A stretch of DNA of 64,000 nt from Felis catus (lineage: Eukaryota): assembly GCF_018350175.1 (NCBI RefSeq), contig NC_058373.1, positions 112,966,001 through 113,030,000 of the forward strand. Direction: 5' to 3'. This document shows, in pieces, positions 26,550 to 39,576 of this stretch (the first letter of the stretch is position 1; every line of letters begins with the position of its first letter). A model generated the notes under the pieces. The model saw nothing but the letters and a program-made list of their open reading frames with translations, made no database searches and had not been told where the DNA came from. The translations under genes and the position numbers were made by a program.

Positions 26550-27650
26550 TGACGTGCCTCACAGAACACTGGAGTTGCCTCAACGGGAATCAGATTTGCT
26601 TCAGGAGCTGACTGACGGGCAGTCAGGGAGACTAAGGTCAAGGGCTCTCCCGACTACAGCCCGCGTCGGACTAAGTCTCAGGGAAATCTCACGTCCCCAC
26701 ACGGCTCGGCCGGGCGGCTCAATCTCGAATCGGTCGCCTCACGCGGACGAGCAAAAAGCAGCTCGCGTCTCACTTAGAGGCGCGCGAGTGCGCGCGACCC
26801 ACGGCTCGGGGCTGCGGGGCGGACCAACGAGTGGGCCCTCCCTCCACGCCGGCGCGGGATTGGGCGAACCGCGCCAGCCTCCGGGCCTAACAGCGGGCGG
26901 GGCGCGCCGAGGAGGGAACTGGGATAGGCGCGCCCGCTGCGCCAGCGTGCCGGGGGCGCGTGCGCGGTCTCGCGGCGGCCGCGGGGGCCGGTCTCGCGCG
27001 GTCTCGAGGCGGAGTTGCTGGCGGCGGTGGCGGCGGTGACGGCGGCGACTGGCGGTGGGGCGCAGGCGGGGTCTAAGGATTGTGAGGTGGGGAATCGGGA
27101 GTTTCTGGGTTCTTTATCCGGTATTTTAAGTGCCGCAGGGAAGCTGTCGTTTGTGCAGTGTGTGGGAGCGGCCGGGGCGGGAGGATCGCCGGCCGCCGTG
27201 GCGCAGAGGTAAGAGGACCAGCGGCGGCTCTGTGTAGAGATCTTAATCAACAGGTCCCCGGGAGCGCGTCGGGGGAGGGGCGGCGGGGCTTGTCCCCTCC
27301 CCCACCCGCCGCTCGCACTGCCCGGGCGGGACCGGCGGCTGCTCTGCTGGCGTCTCCAGGCGGCGGGAGCCGCGGGCTGGCGGCGCAGGGCGTGAGCCCA
27401 ACCTTTGTCCCCCGGGGGGAACGCTGGCAGGCCCTGCCCGCTCCCTCTGCCTTGGCGTGGGACCACCCTGGCGGGGGCTCCTGCCTGCTCGGCCCGAGAC
27501 GCCGGAGGCACAGCAGGGAGTCCCCTCTTCTCTGCGCCCCCGCCCCCGAGTTCGCGACTCCTGGGACTCCCCCTAAAGCGGGAAGGGGAGATCGGCGGGG
27601 CGAACACTTTCCTTTAGAAGACGGAATGTAGTCAGCGTTCCTCTGCCTGA
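26550..27650. promoter_or_regulatory. CpG island / TATA-less promoter of PALS1 (MPP5), possibly bidirectional
   Basis: Abrupt GC- and CpG-rich block in AT-rich surroundings. GC boxes (GGGGCGG ~26816, GGGCGGGG ~26894), inverted CCAAT (ATTGG 26859-26863) and NRF1-like GCGCGTGCGC (26956-26965). Confidence 0.92.
27005..27208 (+). other. PALS1: non-coding first exon of PALS1/MPP5 (start approximate)
   Basis: GGC-rich 5'UTR-like sequence ending at strong donor GAG|GTAAGA (27209). Identity inferred from the known mammalian order GPHN-GARIN2-PALS1-ATP6V1D. No PALS1 coding sequence was recognised in the window. Confidence 0.7.
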
Positions 27651-29485
27651 CTCAGCTCCTGGTATTCGGCTGCTCTTTGCGTTCTTTAAACAAATAAACA
27701 GTTCCTACTTCCTTGTGTCCACTTTTAAAGAAAACCCTAATGTCGTTAATGGTTTCTGATAATTTACTTCAAGTTTGCAAGGTGAACTTTGAAGCCTGTA
27801 AATTGTTGTAACCTTCATTTAATGAAAGACGCTTTAAATAATCTTTGGTGCAAATTATGTAACTTCCTAATAATAATAACAACTCACCTTCTGTTTAGTT
27901 GATTGGCATACAGTAATGTGTACGGAATTTAGGTTTCGGTCGGAAGGTGTTTCTTGGCAGTGGCGCTAAAATTAAAATCTGATAGCTAGGTTTTTAGAAG
28001 TATGTGTGTGTTTTATCTCCTTGTTTAGAATTGTAAGAATTTAGATTTGGAAAGCCCATAGAACAGGACTTTTGAAATACTGATTTTCTTGACAAGGTAA
28101 AAGGTGTTAATATTTCTGATTTTTAAAAAAGTAATCTCATACTTTAATAATAGTATCCTAATTATGCCTTTGGAATATACCAGAAGTTAATAACCTATTA
28201 AATTCTGCAGTAGGAGCAAATGACATGTGGTTATTGGTGTCTTTGATGTTTAAATATTGGTGGTAATGAAATTGTTAAGTAAGCTTTTTTTGAATTATGA
28301 ACTACTGTGTGTGTGCGTGTGTGGTTTTTTTTTTTTTTTCACTAGTTCCCTGTGGACATGGCATAATAAACTTTAAAAGGCTCTTTAAACTATTGTAGTA
28401 GGCTGAAGCTATTAAATTATAATGTAAGATCTTTATAGATGAACAGGCAAAAATACGAAAAGCAATTCGTTATTTTATCTTTTTTAAAAAAATAATTTTT
28501 ATCATGTATCTAAATGACTTTTGGTAGACAGACCTGAACTTGACAAGTAAAGATGGACTCATTAATAATATTAACTTGATTTAGAATATTAAAATGGGAG
28601 AATTTTACCTGAGGGTGACCCAAGTCAGTATGGTGGGTTTTGCGGTTTATATGCTCTTTATAAATTATGATCTTGATTAAAAAGTTCATCACAAACCAGG
28701 AAATTCGGTCCATTTTATGTATCAATATACTAAGATGTTCTGTTTCTCTGATAGTTTCTGATTTCAGGGTGTCTGAGAAAAAATAGTTTCTCAACATAGA
28801 TTCTTTATAATTCTTGATTATATATTTATTGAATCATAGAATTCTTGAGTTGGAAATAATCTTAGTGTTGTATAGCTTAACGTCTTCATTTTCTAGGAAA
28901 AGGAAAGTGAGGTTTATAGAGTTAAGGAGTCCATAGTTTGACTGCTTATTAGTGGCAAAGTTGAAACTAAATGCTGAATACTTGTCTCCAGATTCCAAGT
29001 ACAGTGCTCTTTTCACTATATACTATTGTTAGATAAACAAACCAGTAAACTATTCTTCTCAAAATCATATATGTAGCTAGCACGATTGAATCTTCCTGCA
29101 TTTCTTTTCTTTTTTTAAATAACCGCTGAATGCAATTACTTTACTGCTTTCAGTTTTTCAATTATTTTGTTTTTAGATTTTCAGTATTTTAAACAATGTT
29201 TAGTGAGTATCTTTGTGCATGTTTCCTCAAGCACATGTATGAGGGTTTCCCTAGAAAGTATACCTACCTGTAGGTGGAATTGCTGGGCCATAGGTTGATG
29301 CGCATTTTCAGCTTTGCTAGCTGCTATCACATTATCCTCTAAAGTTGTAACAATTTGCATTACTGCCAACAGTATACAAGTCATCCTTGCCCGCACTTGG
29401 AATTGTTAGGTGGCATGGTCAGATAATTAATTTTATGCCAATCTGATAAATGATGTTTTGTTTTCTTTGTTTTAAAAAGATTTTA

Positions 29486-29708
29486 GGGGCGCCTGGGTGG
29501 CGCAGTCGGTTAAGCGTCCGACTTCAGCCAGGTCACCATCTCGCGGTCCGTGAGTTCGAGCCCCGCGTCAGGCTCTGGGCTGATGGCTCAGAGCCTGGAG
29601 CCTGTTTCCGATTCTGTGTCTCCCTCTCTCTCTGCCCCTCCCCCGTTCGTGCTCTGTCGCTCTCTGTCCCAAAAATAAATAAACGTTGAAAAAAAAAAGT
29701 TAAAAAAA
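29486..29708 (+). mobile_element. young SINEC_Fc-type Can-SINE
   Basis: TSD AAAAAGATTTTA 29474-29485 / 29709-29720; CpGs intact. Confidence 0.92.
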
Positions 29709-30262
29709 AAAAAGATTTTAACTTTGTTTTTAATTTACATGAAATGAAATTAATGCTTTTTCTTGGACAATTGTTTTGACAAATGCATAGAGCTGTGTGA
29801 CTACCAAAATCGGGTACAGATCCAGCACCCAAAATTCCCTTAAGCTGCTCTTCTGTAATCAACCCTTCTTTCACCTGTAACCCTTGGCAATTAATGACCT
29901 GTTGTCTTCCCCTGGAGTATGTCTTTTCTAGACTATTATATAAACGGAATCAATTAGTATTTATTTAGCCTTTTGAGTCTTGTTTCTTTCACTTAGCATA
30001 ATATAGTTGGGTATTCATCCATGTTGTGAGGCTATCAGCAATTCCTTCTGTTTTACTGCTGAATGTAGTATTCCATTGTATGGATTTACCACAGTTAGCT
30101 TATTTGCCAGTTGAAGGATATTTGAGTTAGTTTTTTTAAATTAAAAAGACTTTTTTAACCATGAGAAAGCTGCTATAAATCTCTAGGAACAGTTTTTGTG
30201 TGAACATAAGTCTTCCTTTCTGGGTCATATGGTAAGTGTGTGTTTAAACTTAAAAACCAGTG

Positions 30263-30998
30263 TGTGGTAGGCAGAATAATGGCCCACAAAGATAGCTTAA
30301 TCCCTAGAACCTGTGAATAAATTAGGTTACGCGGTAAAGGGAAAATAAAGTTGCAGTGGAATTAAGGTTGCTAATCAGTTGACTTTAAAATAGGGAGGTT
30401 ATCCTGGATTGTCTAGGTAGATCCGATGTATCATGAAAGTGCTCTTTAAAAGGGAGAGAGAGGGGCGCCTGGGTGGCGCAGTCGGTTAAGCGTCCGACTT
30501 CAGCCAGGTCACGATCTCGCGGTCCGTGAGTTCGAGCCCCGCATCGGGCTCTGGGCTGATGGCTCAGAGCCTGGAGCCTGCTTCTGATTCTCTGTCTCCC
30601 TCTCTCTCTGCCCCTCCCCTGTTCATGCTCTGTCTCTCTCTGTCCCAAAAATAAATAAACGTTGAAAAAAAAAATTAAAATAAATAAATAAATAAAAGGG
30701 AGAGAGAAGCAGTATAGTAAGAAAAAAAAAAAAAGGATGTAAAACAGAAGCAGCACCAGAGGGATAGATGAAGAGTTCTTGGTTTTGAGGATGGAGAGAG
30801 GAGTCAGTCATAAACTAAAGGAATGTGGTCTTTAGAAGTTGGAAAAGGCTAGGAAATGGATTAACAGAACACAGCTTTGCCAGCATCTTGATTATAGCCC
30901 AGGGAGACCTATCTCAGATTTTTAACGAAAAGAACTGGAAAATAATAAATTTGTGTTGTTTTAAGCCACTAAGTCTTTGGTAATTTGTTACACAGCAT
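30263..30998 (+). mobile_element. MLT1 (ERVL-MaLR, MLT1D-like) solo LTR
   Basis: Starts tgtggtaggcagaataatggccc and ends aataaatttgtgttgttttaagccactaagt..tggtaatttgttacacagca. Confidence 0.8.
30462..30692 (+). mobile_element. young SINEC_Fc-type Can-SINE inside the MLT1 LTR
   Basis: TSD TAAAAGGGAGAGAGA 30447-30461 / 30693-30707. Confidence 0.92.
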
Positions 30999-33159
30999 AC
31001 TTTTCCAAAGAGCCTGAACCACTTTGTGTTCCTACCAGCAACGTGTGAAGAATGTTCCAGTTACTTTACATCCTCATCACTATGTATGGTCAGATTTTTT
31101 ACCTTTACATTCTGATAGGTTTGTAGCCTTATCTCATTGTGGTTTTTATTTGCATTTTCTTGTGACTAATATGTTGAACATCTTTTCATATGCTTATTTA
31201 TCATCTGTGTATCTTCTTCTGGTGAAGCAAAATCTTTTGCCCATTTTAAAATTGGATTTTCTTGGGCACATGGGTGGCTCAGTTGGTTGAGCATCTGATT
31301 TCAGCTCAGGTTGTGATCTCCCAGTTTGTGAGTTCCAGCCCCACATCGGGCTCATTGTTGTCAGCCCGTCAGCGCAGAGCCGGCTTCGGATCCTCTGTTC
31401 CCCTCTGGCCCTATCCTGATTGTGCTGTCCCCAAATTGGACTTTCCTAATGAGTTTTGAGTTTTTCATGGTCCTTTGTCAAACAGGTGATTTGCAGTGAT
31501 TTTTCTGCCAGTTTGTGGCTTGCCTTTTCCATTCTCATAACCATGCTTTTTGAAAACAGGTTTTACATTTTGATGAAGTGCAAAGTATCAGTATTTGTGT
31601 GTGTGTATGTGTATCTCTTGGCATTGTATATAAGCACTCTGTCTAACCCAATGTCACAAAGGTTTTTCCTGTTTTCAAGTTTTATAGTTTTATGTATATT
31701 AAATTTAGATCCGTTTTCCTTTTTGAGTTAATTTTTACATAAAGAGAATTTAGGGTTGAGTTTCATTTATTTGTCCAGTTGTTCCATGACCATTTGTTGA
31801 AAAGACTATATCCTTTCTCCATTGAATTGCCTTTGTCTCTTGGTCAAAAAACATTTGACTACATTTTTATGGGCCTATTTCTAGACTCTTGTGTTTCATT
31901 GATCTGTTTGTCTATCCATTACCAATATCACAATGTCTTGATTACTATAGTTTTAAAACAAATCTTGAAATCAGGTAATGTGAGTTCTCCCATATTTATT
32001 CATTTTTAAAAATTGTTTTAGTTATTTTAGTTCTTTTGCCTTTCCATATAAATATTAGGATCCTCTTGTTAATATCCACACAAAAAAAATATGCTAGGAT
32101 TTTGATTGGGATTGTGTTTTATAGATAAACAAGGATGATTGATATCTTAACAAAATTGAGTTTTTCCAGTAAGAACATAGTATTTTTCTCCATTTACCTA
32201 GGTCTTCCTTTCATATATGTTTTGTAGTTTTCAACATATAAATCCTGTAAGTAAGTACTTGATTAAATCTATACTTAAGTATTTCAATTTTTTGGCCCTA
32301 TTATAAATGATTTTTTAAAAAAGCATGGGTTCTAATTGATCATTGCTAGTATATAGAAATATAATAGATTTTTTTTGTATTGACTTTGTACTGTCAGTTT
32401 TTACCAGACTCATTCATTAGTTCTAGGGGTGTTTGTTTTTTGGTGGATTTCCTGGGGTTTTCTAAGTAGACAGTCATGTCATCTGTGAATAAAGAACTGT
32501 TTCTTTCTAATCTGATGCCTTTTCTTTTTTTGATTTATTGCACTTACTGCACATCTCACATTCTAATGAGATGTTTGAATAGGAGTGATGAAAGGAAACA
32601 TCTTTGCTTTGTTTACAGTCTTAAAGGGAGATCATTCAGTCTTTCACCTTTAAATATGATGTTAGCTGTAGATAATTTCATAGATTCTCTAAATCAAGTT
32701 AAGGAAATTTTCTCTGAGGTTGCCTGGGGTTTTTTCATGAGTAGATGTTGAATTTTGTCAAATGCCTTTTCTGTATCTGTTGAGGTAATCATGTGGGTAT
32801 CTTTTCTGAAATCTGTTAATATGGTGACTTACACTAAGCAATTTTCAAATGTTGAACTAGCCTTGCATATTTCTAGGAAAGCTCTGGAGGTGTTTCAAAT
32901 AAAAGTAATTTTGGGTTATTTTTCTTTGACTTGTATACATTAGCATTTATTCTTAACGATGAAGAAGGAAACTGAATATAAGATTTTGTGAGAGGGGTGC
33001 CTGGGTGGCTCAGTCAGTTGAGTGTCGGACTCAGGTCATGATCTCGCGGTCTGTGAGTTCAAGCCCCATGTCGGGCTCTGTGCTGACAGCTCAGAGCCTG
33101 GAGCCTGCTTCAGATTCTGTGTCTCCCTCTCTCTCTGCCCCTCCCCCGCTCATGCTCTG

Positions 33160-33197
<38 letters not shown>

Positions 33198-34484
33198 AAA
33201 AATAAATAAACATTAAAAAAATTTTTTTTTTAATTTTGTGAGTGAAGTGTTGTTGTTGTTTTTTTTTTTAACGTATATTTATTTTTGGGAGAGCAAGACA
33301 GAGACAGTGCGAGCAGGGAAGGGACAGAGAGAGAGGGAGACACAGAATCTGAAGCAGGCTCCGGGCTCTGGAGCTCTAACCCATGAACCATGAGATCATG
33401 ACCTGAGCTGAAGTTGGATACTTAACCAGTTGAGCCACGCAGGTGCCCTGCGAGTAAAGTGTTTATAAAGGCAGAGGAGTCAAGATATTCCTTAATAGTT
33501 ATGTACATTTTACATGTTGGTAGGACTTAAGTTTTCTTGGTCTATACTGGAGTTTGTACATTGTAGTTTACCACTGCAGGACTCTTGTCTAAAATTACTA
33601 AATGAAGGAAGAAAATATTTGTATCATTGTAATCAAATACTTCTCATGCTAATTTAGGAAAGCTGTTTAAATTTATTTGAATGCTGAAGTAAATTTGAAA
33701 TGAAGATGAAATTATTTAATTAGAAGATTTTTACTTGGAATAAAAGCAATGGGAATTTTAATTTTTTTTTTTTAATGTTTGTTTATTTTTGAGAGACAGA
33801 GCATGTGAGCAGGGGAAGGACAGAGAGAGGGAGACATAGAATCTGAAGTAGGCTCCAGTCTCTGAGCTGTCAGCACAGAGCCTGACGCGGGCTCAAACTC
33901 ATGATCCGTTAGATCATGACCTAAGCTGAAGTCAGATGCTCAACCGACTGAGCCACCCAGGCACCCCAAAAGCAATGGGAATTTTAAAAAACAACAAAAA
34001 CCCAGCCTCTTTCCTCACATCAGAAAATCAACCACAGACCTTTGAGAAATCACATAAATGTTTGTCTTAGTGTAGAATGAATGTAGCGATGTATTAAATA
34101 AAAAATATGAAGTGAAATATAAGTTACCTGTAAGAAAAAAGCTCTTTTTTGCTGTACTGAAGATGTTCCTTCATGCAAATTTTGGGTATATGGTAAAAAG
34201 ATGCATGTTCATTTTAACATTTGGAATTGTGAAGTTTTTCCTCCATCAGTTCAAACTAAATCTTCATTATGAAAATAAAGTTTCAGTAATTTCATAATCA
34301 AGCTGTTTAATTTCAACATGTTTATAAGTTTGGGCTTATATGATTTAATCATACAATTCAAGCATTGTGGCCTCTGTCTCATATAATTTTAAAGTTTTCT
34401 TTTTAGTTTACTAGTTGTCCCAAGACCCTGAACATTGAAGTTTTGAGGCCTTCTAAGGTTCTTGGCAATTTTGATCCTTTAAGA

Positions 34485-34676
34485 CAAGGGTTGACAACTT
34501 TCTGTAAAGGGCCAAGATAGTAAATACTTAAGCTTTGGGGGCCATATCATTTCTATTGCAAGTACTCAACTCTGCTGTTGCAGTGTAAAGGCAGCCAAAG
34601 AAGTGAATGTTCCAGTAAAACTTTATAAAAACCGAGTTTGCCTGACTTGACCTGTGGTTTTACTTTGCCTACTTTT
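34485..34676 (+). mobile_element. MER58A-like hAT MITE
   Basis: caagggttgacaactttctgtaaagggcca..gtaaatacttaagcttt..actcaactctgctgttg..ttccagtaaaactttat. Confidence 0.75.
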
Positions 34677-35551
34677 GTTTTGGGCAAAAAGTCAGCAGGA
34701 GAAATGAAAATAATTGTAGTAATGTAGTGGTAAGAGCATTAGGATGAGCTTAGTTGGGAAATTAGTCCATGCTGTAATTCCCAGCCAGGCTCTCACTTTC
34801 CTTGTCTGTAACATGTAGCTGCCTCAGAAGATGATTAAAAAGATTAAAATAAGGTATTGAAGGCCCTGAGCAAAATATTCTGACAGGTGGTAGATACTTA
34901 ATAAGTATTTGCCTCTCCTCCTCCAATTTTGTTGCTGTGTAATGCTTTGTGATCAACAGATATTAAATAATTAAGGAGATTCAGGTTTTTTACAGTTTGT
35001 AGTATATCTAAAGTTATTCCAAATATTAGAAATTATTAGAATAAGGATTAGAAATAATTGTGTTTATAGCTAAATTGCTTTGAATTATGGTTTTTTTTTC
35101 TAATGTTTATTTTTGAGAGAGAGCACGAGCAGGGGAGGGGCAGGGAGAGAGGGAGAAAGAGGATCCTAATCGGGCTCTGTGTTGACAGCAGAGAGCCTGA
35201 CATGGGACTTGAAACACGAACTGTGAGATCATGACCTGAGCCAAGGTAGGATGCTCAAACTGACTGAACCACCCAGGTGGTCCGACATTAAATTGTTTTA
35301 AGAGAACTTATTAGTTGTTCAAAATTGGAAGCAGGATCATGGAATTAACTCAATAGTATGCATGTGACTTTAAGGATTGAGTTTATAATGTTTAAGAATT
35401 ACAAATTTATTTAAATATATCATAGTTTATTTAACCATATTACTTTATTGTTGGTGGACCTATGAGTTGTTTCTAGTTTTTGGTTGCGATGAATATTATG
35501 AGTGTTCTGTACATTCATCATGGTGTATATAAGTACATGTGTTTCTCTAGG

Positions 35552-35760
35552 GCTGTGCTCTCCAGTATCCAGTATGGCAGTCACTAGCTGCATGTGACTA
35601 TTTAAATGTAAATTAACTGAAATTAAAAATTCAGTTCCTCTGTTGCAGGAGCAACATTTCAAGTGCTCAGTAGCCATATATGGCCAGTGGCTATGTTATT
35701 ATTTGCACAGTGTAGATGTAGAATTTTTCCATTATTATAGAAAGTTATTGGACAATAATG
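35552..35760. mobile_element. MER3-like hAT MITE
   Basis: tccagtatggcagtcactagctgcatgtgactatt..aaaattcagttcctc..catttcaagtgctcagtagcca..gaaagttattggaca. Confidence 0.75.
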
Positions 35761-37837
35761 TTCCCAAGTATATAATTAGGAATGAAATTATTGGATGATA
35801 AGGTATAGATGTTGTCAGTTTATTAGATAATGCCAAACCTTTTCAGTGTGATTCATTTTATTAATACATACTTCTAGCAGCAAACTATTGAGTTTCCTTA
35901 AATTGCCTTACTGAAATTGCATAAATTCCACTTTATTAATACTGGACATGTAAATTTAACTATTATTAATGTTTTGTGAATCCGATGGTTCTTTGGACCC
36001 TTCACTTGTAACACACACACTATTGGGCGTAGAATATTAGGGGATTCATGGAAATTAGGTCGTGAACCCCAAATTCAAACCTCTAACTCACGTGATTCAT
36101 CACGTGATTCATCATGTGATTCTATTCACTATATAGATATCCTACAGATATTTTTCAAAAAAATTTTTTTTTCCTTTCTAAGTTTATTTATTTATTGGGG
36201 GTAGACAGAGAATCCCAAACAGGCTCACTGTTGTAAGTGTAGAGCCTGACATGCGCTCAATTTTACAAACCTTGAGATCATGACCTGAGCCAAAATCAAG
36301 AGTCTGATGCTTAACTGACTGAGCCAGTCGCCCCTACAGATGTTTTTCAAAATAATGATTCACTTTAAAAGTAATCAACAGATACTTAAGAGTTTATGAA
36401 AGGAAAGTTGATAATTCTTTGTAGGTATCTTGAAGGGACAGTGTTCCTTTTATACCTTACCATTTAGACATAATACCTTATCCTTTTACACTTAAACTTT
36501 ATAGTAAAAGTAGTAATTCATTTGGCTAAATCACAGTACTTTTTGCTTTCCCCTAACTCTTACCTAGAACAGTATCTCTTGCCCCATCTCTTAATGTGTT
36601 ATATAGTATGTATATCGTTTGTGTATATTTTAAGTATTAACAGCTACATTGTAAGGTTTTTATTAGTATTCTCCCTTTTACAAATGAAGAAACAGAGGCT
36701 CAGAGAGATTAACTGTCTTATCCAAAGTCTTATTGTGAGTGATAGCAAGGAGTTGAATTCAGTTTATTTGACTCCAGAGACCTTGGATTTTTCTACTTTG
36801 CCTGTATTTTAGTCTGCCTTAAGACTTACTTTAACAGTGTCTTTTTGGTATGATGAAAATCTTTTTGAGGAATGCCATGTTTGATTTAGTGTTTGAATGT
36901 ACTTGAATTAAAGTGAAGAACAGTGAAACTGTAAATTGTAAGCTCCTTAAGGATTAGGAGCTATTGTCGTTATCTTGATATCTCACTGCTTAATATGGCC
37001 CATAGTAGATGCATGTTACCAGTTTGCACTTTTATTATTTGTTTAAATTTTAGCCTTGCTTGTGAGTTTAATAAATATCAGAGACTGTTCTAACCTAGTC
37101 ACCCCCTGGAACTTGATAGAATTTGAGATTCAAAACGCAATTCCGTATATCCTGTGTTGGCCATAAATGTATTTAATGACAGTGTCTAACTTTCACATAG
37201 TCTTGATTAACTTTCTACAAAGATATAAACATAAACAGATAAATTTGCTAATGGCTTTTTCTTGCTTTTCCAAGGGCCTTTACTGTGTAAAGGCATTACA
37301 GTGTAGTTACAGTCCTTGCATAGATTAAGTACTCAGGCTATAGAGTCAGAGTTATGCTGCGATACCTTCTTGTCCTGTGTGTGACTCTGGGTATGTTAAC
37401 TTATCAAAGTCTGACTTCTTATTTGCAGAATGGAATTGTATCAGTGCCCAATTCAGAGGGTGGTAGGGGAGGACAAACCTTTTTCTATCCTCTTAGGTTC
37501 ACTGTGACAAAAGACAGATTAACAGGAAAAGTGGCTTATTACTAACTGTGCATATGGAGATCCTCATAGAAAAGAATTGAAGTCCCAAAGAAACAGTGAG
37601 GCTGAGCAATAAATTGTGGAAAAGTGACAAGACAGAGGAAAAGAGGTTTAGGCCTTTAAGGAATATAAATTGTGGGAAGGTAAGTATGTGGGGAAAACTA
37701 ATGGAAGATAAAGTTTATTTTAGTAAGGTTTGTTATACAGATTGAAGTTGGTGCCTTCTCCATTGATGAGAGTAATTTCCCAGGATTGAGTCCTCTTCCT
37801 TGTACCTTTACAAAGGGAAGTTTCTGCCTGCTTTTTA

Positions 37838-38064
37838 TTTTTATTTATTTATTTATTTATTTTTAAACGTTTATTTATTTTTGAGACAGAGAGAGAGCAT
37901 GAACAGGGGAGGGGCAGAGAGAGAGGGAGACACAGAATCTAAAACAGGCTCCAGGCTCTGAGCTGTCAGCACAGAGCCCGACGCGGGGCTCAAACTCACG
38001 GACCATGAGATCGTGACCTGAGCCGAAGTCGGACGCTTAACCGACTGAGCCACCCAGGCGCCCC
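37838..38064 (-). mobile_element. Can-SINE inside the MER34-like LTR
   Basis: TSD TCTGCCTGCTTTTTA 37823-37837 / 38065-38079. Confidence 0.9.
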
Positions 38065-39576
38065 TCTGCCTGCTTTTTAACCAGATAAGGGGAGGGCATT
38101 GAATTTTTTCCCCCTGTGTGTACTGTCTTTTTTTCCTTTTTTTTTTTTTAAAGAGAGAGAACTGGCACAGAGGAGCTGGGGAGAGGGGCTGAGAGAGAGA
38201 CTCTTAAGCAGCTCCACACCCAGCACAGAACCTGTGGGCTTGATCTCACAACCAAGAGATCTTGACCTGAGCCAAAATCAAGAGTCTGACACTTAACCAA
38301 CTGAGCCACCCAAGCACCCCAATTTTTTTTTTTTGAGAAAGCTTGTGAGTGGGGGAGGGGCAGAGGGAGAGGAAGAGAGAACTTTTTTTTTTTTTGCTTA
38401 TTTATTTACTTAGAGAGAGAGAGAGGGAGAGAATGGGAGAGGAGCAGAGAGGAGAGAGAGAGTCCCAGGCAGGCTCTACACTGACAGTGTAGAGCCCAAA
38501 GTGGGACTCAAACTCAAGAACTGTGAGATCATGACCTGAGCCGAATTCCAGAGTCGGCTGCTTAACTGACTGAGCCACCCAGGGACCAATTAATTTAAAT
38601 TTTGTTAACATATAGTGCGATATTGGTTTCGGGAATAGAACTCAGTGATTCATCACTTACATACAACACCCAATGGTCATCACAAGTGCTGTCCTTAGTA
38701 CCCATCTAGCCCATCTCCCACCCACTTTCCCTCCATCAACCCATGGTGCTCTATCATTAAAAGTCTCTTGTGGTTTTTTCTGTTTTCTTCCCCCTTTCCC
38801 ATATGTTGATTTGTTGTTTCTTAAATTTCGCTTGAGTGAGATCATATGGTATTTGTCTTTCTCTGATTGACTTAGTTCACTTAGCATAATACATTCAAGC
38901 TCCATCTACGTCGTTGCAAATGGCAAGATTTCATTCTTTTTGATGGCTGAGTAATATCCATTGTGTATATATTCCACATTATCTCTTCATCAGTTGATGT
39001 ATATTTGGGCTCTGTCTATAGTTTGGCTATTGTTGATAATGCTGTTATAAATATTGGGGTGCATGTACCCCTTTGAGTCTGTATTTTTGTATCCTTTGAG
39101 TAAATACCTAATAGTGGAATTGCTGGATTAAAGGGTAGTTCTATTTTTAGCTTTTTGAGGAACCTCCATACTGTTCTCCGGAGTGGCCACACCAGTTTAC
39201 ATTACTACCAACAGTGCAAGATTGTTCCCCTTTCTCTGCATCCTTGCCAGCACCTGTTGTTTCTCGTGTTGTTAATTTTAGCCATTCTGACAGGTGTGAG
39301 GTGGTATCTCATCATGGTTTTAATTTGTATTTCCCTGATGATGATGATGTTGAGCGTCTTTTCATATGTCTGTTAGCCATCTGTATTCTTTGGAAAACTG
39401 TTCATGTCTTTTGCCTATTCATTGGATTATTATTTTGGGGGGGAGTAATTGAGTTTCATAAGTTCTTTACAGATTTTGCATACTAACCCTTGACCAGGTA
39501 TGTTATTTGCAAATGTCTTCTCCCATTCTGTAGGCTGCCTTTTAGTTTTGTTGATTGTTTCCTTCACTATCAGAAG

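Larger units (their letters stand above)
29730..32875 (-). mobile_element. old L1 (L1M-type) 3' and ORF2 remnant, interrupted by MLT1 and SINEs
   Basis: Typical antisense L1 text (tttcacttagcataat, ccatttgttgaaaagact, ttttgattgggattg, ttgaattttgtcaaatgc). Confidence 0.7.

Noticed and set aside
26545..27631. Long ORFs on both strands over the CpG island (164, 277, 157 aa)
   Set aside because: R/G/A/P-rich frames are expected from stop-codon depletion in GC-rich DNA. No recognisable domain, and several cross the exon-1 donor.
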